64,000 bases of DNA from Eledone cirrhosa (lineage: Eukaryota). The DNA lies in contig OZ024740.1 in NCBI GenBank assembly GCA_964016885.1, positions 278,752,001 through 278,816,000 on the forward strand, read 5' to 3'. The position numbers were made by a program, and so were the translations under genes. Within the stretch, counting starts at the first letter, position 1. Each line of letters begins with the position of its first letter. The notes under the pieces were generated by a model. It did no database searches and was not told where the DNA came from. It saw only the letters and a list, made by a program, of their open reading frames with translations. Positions 58,545 through 64,000 of the stretch are shown here, piece after piece.

Positions 58545-58840
58545 GGTGGCTGCCAACTCGTTTTCGAGTACGGCCACTACTTTATATCCATGTAGGAGAA
58601 CCCTACCAATGCGCTGAACGAGTGTGGCTTTTTAGTCCAGCCAGCGACTTGAAAACTCTGGTACAAACACTACACTTGTGACAATTATTGACACATAGTG
58701 TTGGCGCCATGGTACCATGTGACGACAAGTGCAGAGAGATCTCCAGATATAAAGCAATGCCTGTGCTGTGAAGCTTTTATAGTGAGCAAAGGCACTGCAC
58801 AAAGCCAGTCCCACTCTCTTAACCAAGATGATATTTACCA
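58545..58840 (-). mobile_element. Family B1 element, 5'-truncated, between (CATA)n tracts
   Basis: Near-identical to 34503-34799. Confidence 0.8.
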
Positions 58841-58896
58841 TACATACATACATACATACATACATACATACATACATACATACATACATACATACA

Positions 58897-58928
<32 letters not shown>

Positions 58929-58929
<1 letters not shown>

Positions 58930-59428
58930 GATGGCTACAACTCGATGCCATTACTTGATACTTAAGCATGAGCATCACAGATGCGGCTTTTTAGTCCTTC
59001 TAGGGACTTGCCTATGAACAGCAATATCATACATCGCAAAAAATGTCCCATATCAAGTGATGCCTGTGCTTGAGGCTTTGCACGGGGCCAATACCACTCT
59101 CTGAACATCGAATGCATTTACCCAAAGTAGTTCAGGTCCACATCATTGGATGCAAATGAAGTCGCAGGTATCAGAGTGACCTTCTGCTAAAGAAATGTCT
59201 TAATGAAGACTAGGAGTCTCTCGCTCGACAAAAAAAATATTGGAAGGCTGTTGACTCTCCTAAGTCCCTCCACCCTTTGGTGGGTTTCGTTTCTCATCCT
59301 GCAGACTTTCCAAAATCACTCTCCTCCCCAAGCAAGCTTGGTGGGGTTGACGGTTTAGTCACTGACGAACCGACCATGCACAGGTTGTAGTGGGTCACAT
59401 GTTACCTGTAGCACTGAAGAGCGACCTC
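58929..59428 (-). mobile_element. Family B2 element (diverged relative of B1) between (CATA)n tracts
   Basis: Shares colinear blocks with B1 (TGGCT..CAACTCG, CTTTTTAGTCC, TGGTGGGGTTG..GTTTAGTC, CCGACCATG.ACAGGTTGTA, ACATGTTACC.GTAGCAC). Confidence 0.7.
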
Positions 59429-59471
59429 ACATACATACATACATACATACATACATACATACATACATACA

Positions 59472-59507
<36 letters not shown>

Positions 59508-59530
59508 TACATACATACACACACACACAT

Positions 59531-62500
59531 AGTCAACGCGATCAGTCGCATATTTTGGCGTGGGAGACTATTTATTAAATTTAAGATGAATACTATCTCC
59601 GACAGTAATGCCACAACTACAGTCATGTTGAATAACTGGTTATTCTTCTAACTATCCCTTCTGAAGACACCTTTTATTCGAATTCGTAGAGATATCCGAC
59701 TAAATACATAATCCATTTTACAAGGATTTGCTACAAACAGCATGGCTGAACACAACATCAACAACAAAATTAAGGAAGTACCGAAGACAAATAACAAGGA
59801 AGGTAAACAAACTTTATTCAGGTGTAGCTACAGAAGAAACCGAAATTATAAATCGCATTTCTCTTGGAGTTGCGAACTTAATAATGATTTATTTAATTGT
59901 TATAAAATGGCAAAAAAACAATCCCTCCATTGGCTATATGAACAGAATGAAGCTACACTGGGACGAAATACACCCAGAGCTAAATTATTTCACAGCGAAA
60001 CAATTACACCAACAAGCGACGTTTGTTGAACGTAAAAATAAGATAAATATTATGAATTGTAAGTCCCCCCCCCCCCCCCCATCACACACACAACAAGCAT
60101 GTTATGAACAACACGTGCTACAGGTCGCCATGCTACTAGACTTCCTAGCAGCCAGGTCGAACAGTGCCTTGAAACAACTATTCCTGTAAGAAACTTGACA
60201 CCACCTGTACCATCTAAGTCTACCTCGAATGCTGGGGAAAACACTATCGATAATAATAATAATCGAAGAAATAATAATAATAATCGAAGAAATTTGACAC
60301 CACGTGTACCATCAGAGTCTACCTCGACTGTTGTGGAAAATACTATCGATAATTATAATAATCAAAAGTATAAACAATTGAAATTTTCCCTCAACGAAAT
60401 CTTCCAGAGAGAAATTAATTCCTGTATAAATATTTCTCTTGCTGAACGTTTTAAAACGACAATGTTTAATAAAAAAAATTAAAAAAAACAAATAATGAAA
60501 TATTACGTGTTATTGACGAAATAGGGGATGAATATTTACGACAGATAAAAACACCATTTTGGCAAATCAACGCCTGTTTATATGCTTTAGCAACGACAGT
60601 GAAGCATTATCTTGGTGATAGCAGAGATATTAACAAGAACAGAACACCACCAAAAATACAATCATATATAACTAAAATAGAAAAAAAGATTGCTGACCTA
60701 CGAAAAAACATAGGATATGTGACAATGCTCCTTACATGCAAACAAACACAAAAAAACCTCACTCCTCACCAAGAAAGAGTGAAAAATAAAATAGAGACGA
60801 TGTTTGTTAACAGTAGAACCAGAACTCTCCAATATAAGCTGATCACCCTCAAACAAGAATTGAGAGCTGTTAGCGAAAAACGCCGATACCTGAAGAAGGT
60901 AGATGAGAGAAAAGTGCTTAATAAAAGCTTCAGACGAAACCAAGCATCAGTCTATAGAGATATGAAGGGCAAAATAATAAGTGTCACTGAGGCCCCATCT
61001 CAGAAAGACATAGATTCCTTTTGGAGCAAAATATGAGGTGAAAAGAAGAATTTCAACCAAGATGCAGTGTGGCTAAGAGAAATCCGAAAGAACTATTGCT
61101 CCTACACTACAACAAAAACATACGAAATAAGTGAGGGTACCCTTGAGACTGTGATAGGAAAACTCCAAGATAAGAAAACACCAGGAAGAGACATGATTGT
61201 CGGCTACTGGTACAAAAAACTTATATTCTTTCGGATGTATCTTACTGACCTCTACCAACAAGTTCTTAAGAGAGATACACTTATACCAGAATGGTTGACA
61301 TTAGCAGAAACATTACTGGTCCCCAAGAACAAAGACACCCACTTGGCAAAAAACTACCGACCCATTGCATACTAGAACTTGATGTATAAGATGTATACAG
61401 CCTGCCTGAACCTATTCCTCCAAGATCGCTGCGAAAATAATAACATCATCACAGATGAAAAGCAGCTGGAAAGAAAGGGGTTTGGGGATGTGCTGAACAA
61501 CTCCTAATCAACAAAACTGCGATGTCGGAGGTGCGACAACTTAGAAGGAATATGGCTACAGTATGGCTGGATTACAGGAAAGCTTTCGATTCTGTTTCCC
61601 ACTCTTGGGTGATAGAGGCCCTCCAACTTGCTAAAGTCCCAGACATTATTGTCAGAGCCATAGAGAGGCTGTCTTCTTCTTGGGCTACTATCCTAAGGTT
61701 AAAGACAGAGAGGGAGGACTCTATTTTCACTGATAAAATAAAATATTGCAGGAGTATATTTCAGGGGGACAGTCTCTCTGTGATATTATTCATCTTGTCA
61801 TTAAACCCCTTGTCCTTTCTGCTCAAGAAATGTGAGGGATACATCATTGGCTCACAGGAGGACAGAAATTCTTTGTGGACGATCTGAAACTCTATGCCCA
61901 AGAACATGGATGGGATGAAGAAAAATCTTGACCTTGTTACAACGTTCTCAAAGGATATAGGAATGGAGTTTGGCCAAGATAAATGCTCATACATGACTGT
62001 AAAGCGGGGAAAAACAACAAGCCAATCTAGCAACATTGTCATCAATGGCCTAACTGTTTCACGGATATCTGATGAGGACTGCTACAGATGAGAACATATC
62101 CTATAATGGTATCTGTAATAAAGAACGCGTAACCAGGGAATACTACACCCGATTAAGAAAGATCTGGTCATCGGAACTCTCTGCGCAAAACAAAACAATG
62201 GTTCACAATGTGTTTGCTGTGCCTGTCCTAACACCAACGTTTGGAATACTCAATTGGACGATAGACGTAATCCGAGCAGTTGATGTTGGAACTTGAAAAA
62301 TACTAAACAACACCGGAAACTTCCACATCAACAGTGACATAGACCGCCTTTACTTGAAACGTAAGCAGGGAGGCAGAGGCCTAACATCAGTCCAGACAAC
62401 ATTTGAATGTCGCATCATATCTCTCCGACAACATCTACGAACCTCGAAGCGTAGGAGCCCATTTCTCGAGCAAGTCTATCTGCATGAAACAGATAAGATC

Positions 62501-63604
62501 ATGAGAGTTGGGAAGGAACTCCTCGAGAGATATTCCGTGTGATAATCAAAAACTCACACCCAGGGAAATCGCTCAGCAGTATCGCAGTGAATCCATGGAT
62601 GAAAAACTGCATACTTATCAGCAAAAAATCATGCATGGATATGTTGCCAGGAAGCTCCAGAGTGAGAGTAATATAGATAAGGAAAGTAGTCTATCTTGGA
62701 CCAACAACCGCTATATTGGCTCCCACTTTGAAGGATACGCTTTTGCAATCCAAGAACAAGTGATTAACACGAAATACCTGATTCACAAAAGAGATAGGGA
62801 TGCAGGCAAAACACCTAGATGTGATAACAAGTGCAGACTCTGCAGAACTAACATCGAAGATATCACCCATGTCATCAGCAGCTGTCGAAAGATGTCATCG
62901 CGGTACTATCTACCTATGAGGCATGATGTAGTGGCCAAAACACTGTACAATGCAGTTCGTAAAAAGGATAGCCCCGATAATAAATACATTAAAAGCTACA
63001 GCAATGTGGAAGACATCCATGTACATAATATAAAAGAGTATTGGTGGAATGTTCCAGTAAAAACCCCAATAAAATGCAGGCATAACAGACCAGGTATTAT
63101 GATATGGGATAGGGAGAAGAAAGCATGCACAGTAGTGGAAATTAGCTACCCAGCAGATGCCAATATAATATCAAAGATTAGTGAAAAGGAGAATATTTAT
63201 GCAGAACTGATGAGAAATCTGCAGACACTCCACCCTGATTACACTTTCAGATTTATGCCTGTGATTATTGGGGCACTGGAGTATTTTAGTAACTGCCTCA
63301 ATACAAATTTTGAGAAGTGCAATCCATTAATGGAACAGTAAAAATATGTAAAACATTCCAAATATTTTGCATCTAATAACTGCATATACACATGTACAGA
63401 TGCAAAGCATATACACAAGCACACCTACAACTCAAAACATGCACATCCACACATACAATAACATCCATATCTACACATGCATGCATACATACATATCTAC
63501 CTAGTTGATGTTGTGTAAATTCCAATGAGAGAGTCTTGTGTCTATGTTAGAAATCGACTCTCTCTCTATTGGTAAAACTTTGTGAAATTATAAAACCAGA
63601 AGAA
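59531..63604 (+). mobile_element. Near full-length R4/Dong-like non-LTR retrotransposon, disrupted ORF
   Basis: ORF pieces from 59742 (SWSCELNNDLFNCY; GYMNRMKLHWDEIHP) through RT (WLDYRKAFDSV, QGDSLS) to CRLC..H..C, RHD, HNRP..VVEIS. (CATA)n on both sides. Confidence 0.92.
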
Positions 63605-63630
63605 CATACATACATATATACATACATATA

Positions 63631-64000
63631 TGGTGGCTGCCAACTCGTTTCCGAGTACGGCCACTACTTTATATCCATGTAGGAGAACCCCTACCGATGC
63701 GCTGAACAAGTGTGACTTTTTAGTCCAGCCAGCGACTTGAAAACTCTGGTACAAACACTACATTTGTGACAATTATTGAAACATAGTGCTGGGCCCATGG
63801 TACCATGTTATGACAAGTGCAGAGAGATCTCCAGATATAAAGCAATGCCTGTGCCGTGAAGCTTTTATAGTGAGCAAAGGCACTGCACAAAGCCAGTCCC
63901 ACTCTCTTAACCAAGATTATATTTACCAAAAAGAATAACAAGTCAACATCATTGGATACCATCAGGGTTGCAGGTGTTATATCAGAGTTTTCCTTCTCCT
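63631..64000 (-). mobile_element. Family B1 element, runs off the window end
   Basis: Near-identical to 34502-34871. Confidence 0.82.

Overview
AT-rich, microsatellite-dense metazoan genomic DNA. The SINE types and the Penelope/RTE/R4 content suggest an octopod cephalopod (inference). No host protein-coding gene is recognisable. Positions 1-12357 are a 20-bp minisatellite (CTTCAGTGAGTATGTGGGTR) with 5197-bp and 900-bp higher-order repeats. The remainder is a mosaic of retroelements inserted into microsatellites: three Penelope-like elements (PLEs; RT and/or GIY-YIG, inverted pLTRs) next to (TA)n; two copies of an R4/Dong-like RT+REL element and a ~500-610-bp non-coding RTE-related element in (CATA)n; plus SINEs, MITEs and Tx1/RTE remnants. 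The main signal, read by eye, is about 20 type-I hammerhead ribozyme motifs from roughly ten unrelated families. Many lie in short non-coding, TA-anchored monomers of 435-540 nt arranged as partial tandems and inversions (retrozyme-like, probably PLE-mobilised). Two of these families share an octamer (ATGCAAAT)-containing module ~80-85 nt upstream of the ribozyme core. All ribozyme calls are manual pairings and need computational and in vitro confirmation.
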